Source: a virus
Taxonomy: Duplodnaviria; Heunggongvirae; Uroviricota; Caudoviricetes
IMG/VR virus record: IMGVR_UViG_3300031555_010707
Length of the DNA stretch: 64,000 nucleotides
Direction: 5' to 3' (one strand)
The notes under the pieces are model-generated. The model did no database searches. It was not told the DNA's origin and saw nothing but the letters and a program-made list of their open reading frames with translations. The translations under genes were made by a program, and so were the position numbers. The stretch's first letter is position 1. Every line of letters begins with the position of its first letter. Below, piece by piece: positions 46,651 to 56,013 of the stretch.

Positions 46651-47820
46651 TCATGTCGTTGCCGCTGCCATGTTGGCGCGGATCTGCCGTGCAAATCTAT
46701 AGATTGTGCCGTCCGATACACCAAATTCCTTTGCAAGTGTTACGGCTTTGTCGTTTCCGCCGAAGCCGCGCAGACGAGTCTTGATTGCCTCGAAAATCTT
46801 CTCCCTCTTTTCTACATCAATGGGGACAGAAACATTGCCGGAATTATGATGAACCTCGGCATACTTATTGGCGCCGGATTCCTGATCTTTCCTTACCTTG
46901 ATTCTGTGAACCCTTTGACATATTGCATGTCTGGTTAATCCAGTATCATCAGCAATTTTCTGGGCAGTATCACTACCGCCAAAGCGAGAATAGTGAGCTT
47001 CGATATAGGAATCGATTTCTCTGCTCAGTTCAGGAGTTAACTGAGATCGACCTTCTGCGGCAAACCTCGGAACGGCAGCAACAACCGGATTGCGACGCTG
47101 CTTCGGAACCTCAACTACCTTGGGAACCTCGGCAACCTTCGGAATCTCGGGTTCTGCGGACTTAGGAACATCAATCGAAACGCAAGCGCTTTCAGGAACC
47201 TGCAGAACGACTTTCTTCTGAGGAGTCTTGCGTTGCCTGGGCTTGATGGTAAGCGGCTTAGGAACCTTAACCGTCGGCTTGAGACAGTCCTCAAGGTCAG
47301 CGGCCTTAATGAAGAACGCTTCAGCAATGTACTCAGCAAGCTCGCTCGAATGGTGGAAAATGATAGCCAGACGAAGAACCTGTGAAGGACTATAGTAGTT
47401 GGCAGTTCCACCGAGCGGTAACAAACACCAATACCGTTTGTCCACACATTTCTTCACATAGTCGGTTCGGTAAGGAATGGGCTCGATTCTGGTGCTCTTC
47501 TGGACGTATTCTCCAAAGGTTGCGCACCTGTCCATGGAATACCTCATATTGCTCGGCAGATCACCAAACATGAGGTAATTGGCAACTTCTTCCGTCCACA
47601 TCAAACCCATATCAGGAATGAACGGAGCTTCTCTTACGGAGTCGAGAAACTCTTTGCATTCATCTTCGGACATGAGGTCAATGTAGGCAAAAAGTTCTTC
47701 TCGGCAATCTACACCGCTTTTTGCTTGATCTTTCCAAATGGAATTCTGTACCGTGCGCTTACGAAGCGCGGTACGAATCTCTTCCGGGGTGGTCAGGGGA
47801 TAAACTTTCTTAATGCTCAT
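46651..47820 (-). CDS. Hypothetical protein with two C-terminal HTH repeats
   Basis: The RFGGSDTAQKIADDTGLTRHAICQRV and GFGGNDKAVTLAKEFGVSDGTIYRFARQI segments. Confidence 0.4.
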   Translation of the reverse strand: MSIKKVYPLTTPEEIRTALRKRTVQNSIWKDQAKSGVDCREELFAYIDLMSEDECKEFLDSVREAPFIPDMGLMWTEEVANYLMFGDLPSNMRYSMDRCATFGEYVQKSTRIEPIPYRTDYVKKCVDKRYWCLLPLGGTANYYSPSQVLRLAIIFHHSSELAEYIAEAFFIKAADLEDCLKPTVKVPKPLTIKPRQRKTPQKKVVLQVPESACVSIDVPKSAEPEIPKVAEVPKVVEVPKQRRNPVVAAVPRFAAEGRSQLTPELSREIDSYIEAHYSRFGGSDTAQKIADDTGLTRHAICQRVHRIKVRKDQESGANKYAEVHHNSGNVSVPIDVEKREKIFEAIKTRLRGFGGNDKAVTLAKEFGVSDGTIYRFARQIRANMAAATT

Positions 47821-47875
47821 AGAAACCTCAGTGTTGCCAAGCAACATGCGTGTTTAATAACCGCAAACTTTCTCT

Positions 47876-48196
47876 CTATTCCTCTTCCGCCATCGCTTTC
47901 TCAATTTGATGGATTCCTCGGCGAGCAAGAGAATAATTGAAATCAGGTTTTTCGTTGGAATTATCGCGCAAGTGTTCCCACTTCGCATAGATGCGCTTCA
48001 TAGACTCGCACACAACCCGATTATCTATCGCTTCTTTGTTGTCCAACCTGGCAAGCATTTCCGCTTCAAACTCAGGAAGCATCAGCCAATATACCAAGGA
48101 CATCTTAGAAACCGAAATCTTTTTGAACATGAAGTTCAATCTATAATTGACGACTGGCTTGTTTACATCTGTGTTGAAAACCTTTTCGCCTTCCAT
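47876..48196 (-). CDS. Hypothetical protein
   Basis: GGAGG 8 nt upstream of ATG 48196. Confidence 0.3.
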   Translation of the reverse strand: MEGEKVFNTDVNKPVVNYRLNFMFKKISVSKMSLVYWLMLPEFEAEMLARLDNKEAIDNRVVCESMKRIYAKWEHLRDNSNEKPDFNYSLARRGIHQIEKAMAEEE

Positions 48197-48272
48197 GTGG
48201 TACACCTCCAAACTTTTAGCGGTAGGAGTATTATACCACATGGGGAAGAAAAAGTACAGACGAGAACTGACC

Positions 48273-48533
48273 TTAAATGGTCGTGGGAACAGTAAGCGCC
48301 ATGCGCTTCTGAGCTTTGACACTTTCAACCTCCCGCTTCCGGTATTCTTCTTCGGCATCGCGGATAGCGGCAACGACATTTTCATGAGTGACCGCAATTG
48401 CGCATCGGTCGCAGGAAATCCTAACTCCTTTGTTGCAGCAAACCTTGCAGGAATACGCAAAGTTTTTAACGGCTTCAGAAACCGTTCTGGAATCCATCTG
48501 GAATTCACAGCCCCTGCGTTCAAAACCTGTCAT
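48273..48533 (-). CDS. Small Cys-rich (zinc-finger-like) protein
   Basis: AAGGAGA upstream; CKVCC...CDRC. Confidence 0.3.
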   Translation of the reverse strand: MTGFERRGCEFQMDSRTVSEAVKNFAYSCKVCCNKGVRISCDRCAIAVTHENVVAAIRDAEEEYRKREVESVKAQKRMALTVPTTI

Positions 48534-48742
48534 ATGCTCATCTCCTTCTAATGGGATAACCTGCATTAACGTAGCGGTATCCGCGCTTAGGTTGCGGATG
48601 CCGCTTACGTTTGAGCGAATCTTTGGCGAGGCGAGTAATGTTCCGATCAGCCTGCCATTCGGGATCTTCAATGCGCATCAAAACCGCCAACGCGCAGAAC
48701 GTAAGAATAGCCAGGAAGATGAAGGCTTCCATAATCAATTCC

Positions 48743-49081
48743 TCAGATGGTCGGGAAAGCGCCGCTTCTCTGCTTCATGGAAAACCAGCGCTTGAACAGG
48801 CAGGCGATCACGTCTTCGAGCTTCGTGCCATCATCCGGCAACCCGATTTCTTCACACATCTCGGAATCAGCGTAGACAGCCTTCAGGAAAACCGCACCGG
48901 GCTTCACACCAGTGAGATTCGCATGAGAAATAACCACAGCCTTCAGATTGTTGGAATCCTCAAGCCACTCCTTGACGGCGCTCTTGTCATCGAACTCAAT
49001 GCCGAAAACCTTGGGTTCAAAACCCTTCGCATTGTTGCCGCAATCGGCATAGACGACGTGCAGGTAAAAAGCCTTATTCAT
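48743..49081 (-). CDS. Hypothetical protein
   Basis: ORF. Confidence 0.35.
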   Translation of the reverse strand: MNKAFYLHVVYADCGNNAKGFEPKVFGIEFDDKSAVKEWLEDSNNLKAVVISHANLTGVKPGAVFLKAVYADSEMCEEIGLPDDGTKLEDVIACLFKRWFSMKQRSGAFPTI

Positions 49082-49097
49082 TCAGAAGCTCCTTTTC

Positions 49098-49427
49098 TTA
49101 CCGCCAAACCGCCACATCAAAGCGTTCGGCAATATCGTCACAGTAGTTGTTCAAGGGGTCATAAACCATCAGGGAAAGAACCTTATCCCCGATTTCTACA
49201 TCAGAACGAAAACCGATGTACTCACCGTGCTGGTCATATCCAAACTTGTGATCGGGCGAATCAATGCCTTCGACTTCTGAAAAAGCTACATCGACCAGGA
49301 CAAACGGTGCTCTATGCACAATGAGTTCCCATCTGAAAACCCCTATGGAAACCAGAAGGGAAAGCGCCATTGAAATCAGGATATACCCGATCACAATGGC
49401 GCGGAAAGTGCGGCTCACGACCTTCAT
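49098..49427 (-). CDS. Hypothetical membrane-anchored protein
   Basis: N-terminal TM segment. Confidence 0.35.
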   Translation of the reverse strand: MKVVSRTFRAIVIGYILISMALSLLVSIGVFRWELIVHRAPFVLVDVAFSEVEGIDSPDHKFGYDQHGEYIGFRSDVEIGDKVLSLMVYDPLNNYCDDIAERFDVAVWR

Positions 49428-49436
49428 CGAAAAACC

Positions 49437-50390
49437 TTAAGCAACCTCATCGGCAGGAATCTCGTCGATGGCGGGAAGCTCCTCATTGACTTCGGGAGCA
49501 GAAACCTCAACGGGTTCAGCTTCAGCCTTCTTCCGGGCAGGGCGCGGAATGGAAACCGTTTCACCTTCGGAAGCCACGAGCTTCTTGCCCTTCTTGGGCG
49601 CAGTGGCTTCTGCATTCTTGGCTTCGGTGGGCTCTTCCTTGCGCATCTGATACTTCAGATCGTAGGTGGCGCCGGTCACGATGCGGTGCATCACGTCCAT
49701 CACCAGGCGGTGAACGAAGGAGTTCTTGGCGACCTCGATAGTCAGCTTCTTCTTGCCATTCCTCTTGGTGTAAGCCATCAGGAGGTAAGCCACATCATGA
49801 GAGTTACAGCGGTACTTGGACTTGCCGGTTTCGGCATCCAGGGGCAGAACCGCGTCGATCACCTGCTGGAGCAGCTTCACGATCTGGTTGTTGGAAGTGG
49901 GAACCGTGCCCATATCTTCCTTGCGGGACAGAGCATTGCAGTAGTACAGGCGTTCGATCTGCTTGATCTGGGCATCAGACCATCCCAGCTCTTTAGCAGC
50001 CCTCATGCAGAGCAGGTTGCCGAACTTCTCAACCTTGTACTCCCACAGGTGGGCGATACCGAGAGCCTTGCACAGCTTCACCAGGTCGATCTGCTTGGTG
50101 CGATCTTCAACCAGCACCATTTCGGTAACGACGCCCTCTTCGCGGTTCAGGCGATGGGCAAGAACCGGGTAATCATACCGCTCAACGGCATAGAGAATGG
50201 GATGAGGCCACTTCTTGCACTCGTCAAAGACTTCGCGCATCTGCTGTTCGGCATAAGCCGCTTCAGCATCCCGGATTTCACCTTCAAGCCGGTTCATTTC
50301 GGCAAAGTCGCCCTTCTTGGCGATCAGACCGTTGTACGCATTGATGCGCACTTCAATGTCTTTACGCAGACTTTCAAGCACCTTAGACAT
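49437..50390 (-). CDS. Hypothetical protein with a Lys/Glu-rich C-terminus
   Basis: GGAGGG 7 nt upstream of ATG 50390. Confidence 0.4.
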   Translation of the reverse strand: MSKVLESLRKDIEVRINAYNGLIAKKGDFAEMNRLEGEIRDAEAAYAEQQMREVFDECKKWPHPILYAVERYDYPVLAHRLNREEGVVTEMVLVEDRTKQIDLVKLCKALGIAHLWEYKVEKFGNLLCMRAAKELGWSDAQIKQIERLYYCNALSRKEDMGTVPTSNNQIVKLLQQVIDAVLPLDAETGKSKYRCNSHDVAYLLMAYTKRNGKKKLTIEVAKNSFVHRLVMDVMHRIVTGATYDLKYQMRKEEPTEAKNAEATAPKKGKKLVASEGETVSIPRPARKKAEAEPVEVSAPEVNEELPAIDEIPADEVA

Positions 50391-51263
50391 TGACATTCCC
50401 TCCATGTTTCTTGATTTATGGACTTGAGCCCATACTACACGGCACCTGCCCTTCAGCCGATGCCGTGGGTGTATGGGTTCAAAAAGGACGCACACACCTT
50501 GCGGCATATGCGTCCTGGAACTTCTATTCTTTTCACGTCTACAAACCTTCAAGATAAGCCCATCAAAGTGCATTTCCTCTCCATTGGAGCACCCATGCCA
50601 TTACCCTTCAGCCCATTACATACCTTCATTGAAGGCTACGCAATGTTTGTGGCTTAAGGCAATGTTTTGCGGCACCTTTTGGGCACCTTCTAAGCCGCAC
50701 CATTCAGCTTGCTTTCGCATATCTCCTGCCTAAGAGCATTCGACCGTCACTCCCGGTAAAGAGTGCATCTGTTGCCGTCCTATACGCCCGGCACGCCGTC
50801 CGTCTACACCAGACGACACCACCCATACTTGTCTTGCTTCGCTCAAGGGTTCCTCATGGAGTCTGCAAGAGTCCTTTGGGTAACTGGCGTCCACATTTAG
50901 AGTGTGGCACTCCCATCTGCGTTTGCACAGGCTTTGGACTGTTTCGTGCGATCACTCACACGAAGCCGCATTAGAGTAATGGGCGGAAATTTTGCTCGCT
51001 TCGCCTTCGCTCAGTCGTGCCGATGCCGCCCTTCACCGGCTAACCGAATGAAGGTTGTAGCACATCCGATATGGTGCCTTACGCACACTCAAGCAGTACG
51101 CGCATCAGGTGTACCCAGGTTGCCCCTCAAGGGGTTGAGGCTCACCCTTCAGGACGATCACGAAAAGTTACACCGGAGGAGATGGACAGCCCATCGCAAC
51201 TGCGGGTTACTGCATCCATCAATGCTTGGGGGTGGTCGTTCGTGCCGTTCCTGTGTTGGGCGG

Positions 51264-51470
51264 CGTTGCCGTCCTACCGCCTTATGAGCGGCGGCGTTGT
51301 GTCGTGACGGCTTGCCGTGGGGCGCGTGTGCGCCGTGGGGCGTTGCCGTCCTACCGCCTTATGAGCGGCGGCGTTGTGTCGTGACGGCTTGCCGTGGGGC
51401 GCGTGTGCGCCGTGGGGCGTTGCCGTCCTACCGCCTTATGAGCGGCGGCGTTGTGTCGTGACGGCTTGCC
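51264..51470. repeat. About 2.6 copies of a 78-nt GC-rich tandem repeat
   Basis: gttgccgtcctaccgccttatgagcggcggcgttgtgtcgtgacggcttgccgtggggcgcgtgtgcgccgtggggc repeats with period 78; the third copy is truncated. Confidence 0.8.
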
Positions 51471-51503
51471 GCCCACGTTCGCCGCGCCCTGTGTCCAGAC
51501 ACA

Positions 51504-51537
51504 CAAAAAAAGGACGGCGGCGCGGTTGCGCCGTCCG
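51504..51537 (-). terminator. Strong Rho-independent terminator downstream of the sigma-like gene
   Basis: On the minus strand, GGACGGCG caaccgcg CGCCGTCC followed by TTTTTTT. Confidence 0.6.
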
Positions 51538-51567
51538 TCCGTGGTTTATGCCGTTGTCGTGGTCTGT

Positions 51568-52593
51568 TTATCCGTTCTGTTGTGCCGCCTTGCGTTCACG
51601 GTAACGCCGTGCGCGTTCTGCCTGCGTTGCCTTATCCTGTGCCGCCTTGCGTTCTGCGCCTGCCGCCGTTCTGCCGCCGTTCGCCGCGCCCTGTGCCGCC
51701 GCCGCCGTTTCTGCCGTGCGGATAAGCTGCACAAATTCGGGGGAATGTTCGCGGATGTATTCGGCAATCTTGCCGCGCATGATCGCAATATTGCGGTTGA
51801 CGGTTGCCAATTCGCGCCCCATGTTTTCCGCGATTTGCCGCTGTGAATAGCCGCGCCCCAACAATTCCGCGATTCTGCGCTGTGTAGGCGTTACAATGCG
51901 CATAGCGTCCGCGATTGCCGCGCCCAAACGCGCCGCCGTTGCGGCGTCCATTTCGCCGCCGTCCGTGGGCGTCCATTTTTCGCCGCCGCGAATGATGGCA
52001 GAAATAGCGGTATTGATTGCAACCAGGTCGCCGCCGCCGTCCGTCAAAAATTCGGTACTGATTTCATATTCCGTTGCCGCCCGCTGTGAATGAATGTAGG
52101 CATTCAGCGCAATAAATGCCGTGTGATATTGTTCGCCAATGGTCGCGCCGTCAACCAGTCCGTTATAATGAACTGTTTCGTGTGTGCGCTTGTCCGTGTG
52201 GTCATAGCCTGTTATGAGCGCGGTTTTGGCAATGCTGTAAAAATCCTGCGTGTCGGCGGAATAGTCTGCGATAACGGCGTTAATCCGTTCGGGCGTTTCC
52301 GCGCCCACCAAACGCGCATTGATAGCTGCAAATTCGCGTTCGATTCTGTGCTGTGTGGGCGTTCCCTGTCGCTTGATTGCGTTAATTGCGGTACGCCGTC
52401 CCACCATAACCGCGCCGCGCATGATTCCGGCGGCGGTTGCCGTGGACGGATATACACGAACGGTTGCGCCGTGGGGCTTGTTGATTTCGGCGGCGTTGTG
52501 CGCCGTCCGTGCGTCCGTTGCGTTGATGGTGTATTCCGTGGTGGTCTGGTTGCCGTCTGCGTCCGTGGTGGTAATGGTATAGATGTATTCCAT
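51568..52593 (-). CDS. Protein with a C-terminal sigma-70 region-4-like HTH; Thr-rich N-terminus; GC-rich codon usage foreign to the rest of the window
   Basis: TPTQRRIAELLGRGYSQRQIAENMGRELATVNRNI. GGAAGGA 6 nt upstream of ATG 52593. Confidence 0.4.
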   Translation of the reverse strand: MEYIYTITTTDADGNQTTTEYTINATDARTAHNAAEINKPHGATVRVYPSTATAAGIMRGAVMVGRRTAINAIKRQGTPTQHRIEREFAAINARLVGAETPERINAVIADYSADTQDFYSIAKTALITGYDHTDKRTHETVHYNGLVDGATIGEQYHTAFIALNAYIHSQRAATEYEISTEFLTDGGGDLVAINTAISAIIRGGEKWTPTDGGEMDAATAARLGAAIADAMRIVTPTQRRIAELLGRGYSQRQIAENMGRELATVNRNIAIMRGKIAEYIREHSPEFVQLIRTAETAAAAQGAANGGRTAAGAERKAAQDKATQAERARRYRERKAAQQNG

Positions 52594-53167
52594 GGTGTTT
52601 CCTTCCTGCCGCCGTGGGCGGCTATACGTTGTTTGTGTGGGACAACGTAAGCCCATGATGTTTGATGGATAATTCCACCATGAACATTGTATCACAGGGA
52701 ACGGCAAAATGCAATAGTTGAATCAAGAATTGTTTTCCTGTGTGGTGAAAAATGGTGTTAAATGTGTTTTACGTCAATTCACAATTTTGCAATATTTCCA
52801 CCGACACAACGCCGCGCCCCACATGCCGCCGTTGTACAGGTTGCCGCCGTGGGCGTTGATCGCAACGCCGCCGCCGTGGTGCAATTCCTATGTTACAATT
52901 CGGCACTATGTCACATGGGGGCGTATTTCCATCTTTTCAAGCCCCCACGCCGCACCATTTTCTTGAAGTTGATTCATCTCCCAGACCCATTCTTTTTCTC
53001 ACCGAGCCTTCTCTCAACCAACCTGGAGCAACAGCTTTTCCTTTCGAGAGAGTCTGCTGAAATGCTGACGATCTCAATCAAGATTTTTAGTGGATCATCA
53101 ACGTGTCCAGAAGACGAAGAATAAATGCAGATTTCAAAAGAAATTTAATAATTCACACAATTTCCTA

Positions 53168-53196
53168 TTGACTTTTACTGACTTATATGCTATTCT
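53168..53196 (+). promoter_or_regulatory. Candidate sigma70 promoter for the recombinase gene
   Basis: TTGACT, a 17-nt spacer, then TATTCT (weak -10). Confidence 0.25.
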
Positions 53197-53240
53197 ATAT
53201 GAGGATGAATCAAGAATAAATAGCTACGGAGGCGAGGTTC

Positions 53241-54056
53241 ATGGCAGAGATCATCCGAGTAGACTTCACGAAGGGAAAGCAGGACGCAGTAATCGATGTA
53301 ACGAAGATCAGTTCTTCCCGACGCAAGCTGGAGTGTGGATTGATCCAGCCGGCAACCGAGGACGTTGTTCCCGAGCTTGCAGAAGAGCATTCCTCTGAAC
53401 CGATTAAGAGCACCGAGGACATCGCTCGCATCTCAGCCTACTTGATTGAGCAGAAGCGCTACCGCGACAACATGCTCTTCATCGTAGGCATCAACTTCGG
53501 ACTCCGCGTCAGTGATCTGATTCAACTGAGGTTCAGCAACCTGATCGACGAGAGCTTCTCCTTCAAGACTACCTTCCCGGTACTGGAGAAGAAGACCAAG
53601 AAGACCCGCAAGGTTCAGAAGAACCGCTACATCACGATTAACGAAGCCGTGATGGACGCCGTGGAACTGTACCTGCAGCACACCCCCCGGAAGCTCGACG
53701 ACTACATGTTCAGGAGCGAAAGCAACCGAGGTAGTAACGAGAACAAGCCTATGAGTCGGATGTCCGTAGATCGGATGCTGAAGGAGGTTGCTCAGACTCT
53801 GGGCATCGAAGCAAGGGTCGCAACCCATACGCTGAGAAAGACCTTCGGTTATCACCAGATGGTGATGAGCGGCAATGATCCCCGCAAGCTCCTGCTCCTC
53901 CAGAAGATATTCGGACACTCCTCCTCCGTACAGACCCTGGACTACATCGGTATCACCCAGGAGGAGATTGAAGACGCTTACCTCGGCCTGAACCTCGGCA
54001 GCAAGAATTGCTATAAGCGGTTCGGTCAGATCGGCGAAGTGAAGGCCGAGGCGTAA
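53241..54056 (+). CDS. Small tyrosine recombinase (phage-integrase family)
   Basis: ATHTLRKTF (HxxR) and LGHSSSVQTLDYIGIT (the catalytic Tyr region). Confidence 0.65.
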   Translation: MAEIIRVDFTKGKQDAVIDVTKISSSRRKLECGLIQPATEDVVPELAEEHSSEPIKSTEDIARISAYLIEQKRYRDNMLFIVGINFGLRVSDLIQLRFSNLIDESFSFKTTFPVLEKKTKKTRKVQKNRYITINEAVMDAVELYLQHTPRKLDDYMFRSESNRGSNENKPMSRMSVDRMLKEVAQTLGIEARVATHTLRKTFGYHQMVMSGNDPRKLLLLQKIFGHSSSVQTLDYIGITQEEIEDAYLGLNLGSKNCYKRFGQIGEVKAEA

Positions 54057-54388
54057 CCAGTCCATACGAACCTTGACAACTGCACATTACGGAACACCGA
54101 GGTATGAAACCAGAGCGCCGGGCGGCAACTGTGCGACGATATGAGCGCAGGCAAGGCCAGTGTGGTCGGTCTACACGGTTACTTGAGACGCGAAGCACGT
54201 TATGAACACGAACGAAATTCCTATTCTGGACATTCAGGGAAGATGAACTACACGCTTGTTAGTCCTATATGTGAGTAAGACCCAACAGGTTTCTTTATAC
54301 GTCCTAACAAGAAATGTGTCTATTTTTCCTTACGGGCGCATTTTTAAGAACCTCCATTTTTCGCTCTTTTCGGGCATCGATTTTTCGA

Positions 54389-54413
54389 TTTTAGAACCGG
54401 TTTGGTTCTAAAT
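54389..54413. promoter_or_regulatory. Second copy of the TTTAGAACC-N5-GGTTCTAAA palindrome, embedded in a longer ~41-bp palindrome (54382..54422)
   Basis: tttagaaccggtttggttctaaa. The arms extend to ttttcga ... tcgaaaa. Confidence 0.5.
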
Positions 54414-54449
54414 TTTCGAAAAGGGGGGGTTTGCCCGGGGTATTCCCCT

Positions 54450-55766
54450 ATGTCCTTACCTACAAAAAGAAAGAAGGTGAAGCAGATAGCTATCATGGTA
54501 TGTGATGCTATCATGGGCTCTGGCAAAAGTAGTGCGGTTATCAACTACATGAATGCCAACCCAGATAAGCTCTATATATACATAACTCCATTTCTGGAAG
54601 AAGCCAAACGAATTCGCCAAGCATGTGAAGCGCTTCGGTTTGTTGAGCCCAGTGATAAGCTGCCGGAGTTTGGTTTCAATAAATATAATCATCTGGTGCA
54701 GCTGCTGAAGGATGGTCGCAATATTGCCAGCACCCATCAGATGTTCCGCCATTTCAAAAATGACATCCTTGATCTCATTCGTTCTGGCCACTATACCCTG
54801 ATTATTGATGAGGCCGTTGATGTGTTTCAGGAGCTGGTTCTGAAAAAGAGCGACCTCGACATCGTGACAATGATGGGCTGGGTTGATCGAAATGGAGAGA
54901 ATAATGTTACCAAGGAAACGCCAGTGTATCAAGGCGACCGCTTCAGAGACGTTTTTGATCTGGCTCAGAATGGCAACTTTGCTATTGTAAGCGAAAGCGG
55001 AGATACATATTATTGGGTTATGTCGCGGGGGTTCTTTGATGTCTTTGAAGACGTATACATCCTGACATACCTCTTTCCCGCACAGACCTTGAAATACTAT
55101 TTCGATATGAACGGTATTGAATTCCGGTATATCGGCATTGAGCATCCTGAACCGGGTGTTTATCGTTTTTCAGACGATTGCTTCTATATTCCCGATTATG
55201 TAGGGACGCTATCAGATAAGATACATATTTTCAACAACGCTAAGCTGAATGCCATTGGCAATAGAGAGACGGCGTTGTCCTGCAATTGGTTTGCTCGGAG
55301 AAAGAGTTCCGGCAATGCAGACATGGAAACTCTTCGTTGTAATGTGAAGAACTTCTTTATCAACTACATGGGCGACCATGATTCAGAACTCCGCTTGTGG
55401 AGCACTTACAAAGAATACATCGGCAATATTCGCGGCAAAGGCTTTTATAAGAGTTGCCTTGCCTATAATTCGAAAGCCACCAATGCCTATAAGGATAGGC
55501 GCGTATTGGCTTATTGTGTGAATATCTTCATGAAGCCTGATGAGAAGAGATACTTCCTCGCACATAATGTCGAAGTACGAGAAGATGAAGCCGCTTTGTC
55601 CACAATGATTCAGTGGATCTGGAGATCGGCTATTCGAGACGGCGAAGAAATATGGATATACATTCCCAGCAAGAGAATGCGGGAGTTGCTTATAAATTGG
55701 ATCAAGTGCGTCGAACATCAATACGACGAATATCAACAGAAAAGAACGGTGGTGAATCCACAATGA
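54450..55766 (+). CDS. Walker A/B P-loop ATPase, function unresolved (terminase-like ATPase or replication initiator are candidates); start uncertain
   Basis: GSGKSS (Walker A), LIIDEA (Walker B); the ORF is open from the TTG at 54402. Confidence 0.45.
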   Translation: MSLPTKRKKVKQIAIMVCDAIMGSGKSSAVINYMNANPDKLYIYITPFLEEAKRIRQACEALRFVEPSDKLPEFGFNKYNHLVQLLKDGRNIASTHQMFRHFKNDILDLIRSGHYTLIIDEAVDVFQELVLKKSDLDIVTMMGWVDRNGENNVTKETPVYQGDRFRDVFDLAQNGNFAIVSESGDTYYWVMSRGFFDVFEDVYILTYLFPAQTLKYYFDMNGIEFRYIGIEHPEPGVYRFSDDCFYIPDYVGTLSDKIHIFNNAKLNAIGNRETALSCNWFARRKSSGNADMETLRCNVKNFFINYMGDHDSELRLWSTYKEYIGNIRGKGFYKSCLAYNSKATNAYKDRRVLAYCVNIFMKPDEKRYFLAHNVEVREDEAALSTMIQWIWRSAIRDGEEIWIYIPSKRMRELLINWIKCVEHQYDEYQQKRTVVNPQ

Positions 55767-55948
55767 ATGAACAAAGTTCCACCTGCGAAGGGTGCTATTG
55801 GAAAGATACCTGTGGCCATACAAGCCCATGTGAATATTATTATTCGCCCGGAATGGAATACGATGATGCGGTAATTCAGGCGTATATCGAAGAAGAACGC
55901 GATAAATATCGTAGGGAATGGTACAGATACATACGAGATTTTGAATGA
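55763..55948 (+). CDS. Small Cys-rich protein, apparently translationally coupled via an ATGA overlap
   Basis: The stop TGA of the upstream gene overlaps the ATG; CEGCYWKDTCGHTSPCEYY. Confidence 0.35.
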   Translation: MNEQSSTCEGCYWKDTCGHTSPCEYYYSPGMEYDDAVIQAYIEEERDKYRREWYRYIRDFE

Positions 55949-56013
55949 ATCTCTCAAAGGTTCTATTTTTTTACCCACATGAATCAATATTAAATAGCGA
56001 CAAGGAGACGAAT

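Noticed and set aside
50400-51260. A GC-rich 850-nt stretch considered as a group II intron, RNase P RNA or tmRNA.
   Set aside because: No domain V (AGC triad and bulge), no intron-encoded protein, no RNase P P4 or tmRNA tag motifs were recognisable by eye. It remains unexplained noncoding DNA.
50904-51287. Track ORFs 50904..51287 (+), 51374..51604 (+), 51451..51846 (+), 52090..52650 (+), 39560..39898 (-), 39652..39957 (-), 27540..27800 (+), 27731..28024 (+).
   Set aside because: All lie in GC-rich noncoding or antisense regions. They have Arg/Pro/Cys-rich low-complexity translations and no RBS, so they are treated as spurious.
51264-51470. Tandem repeats considered as a possible CRISPR array.
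   Set aside because: The 78-nt units abut directly with no unique spacers, the sequence is GC-rich and degenerate at the end, and there are no cas genes. This is a plain tandem repeat.
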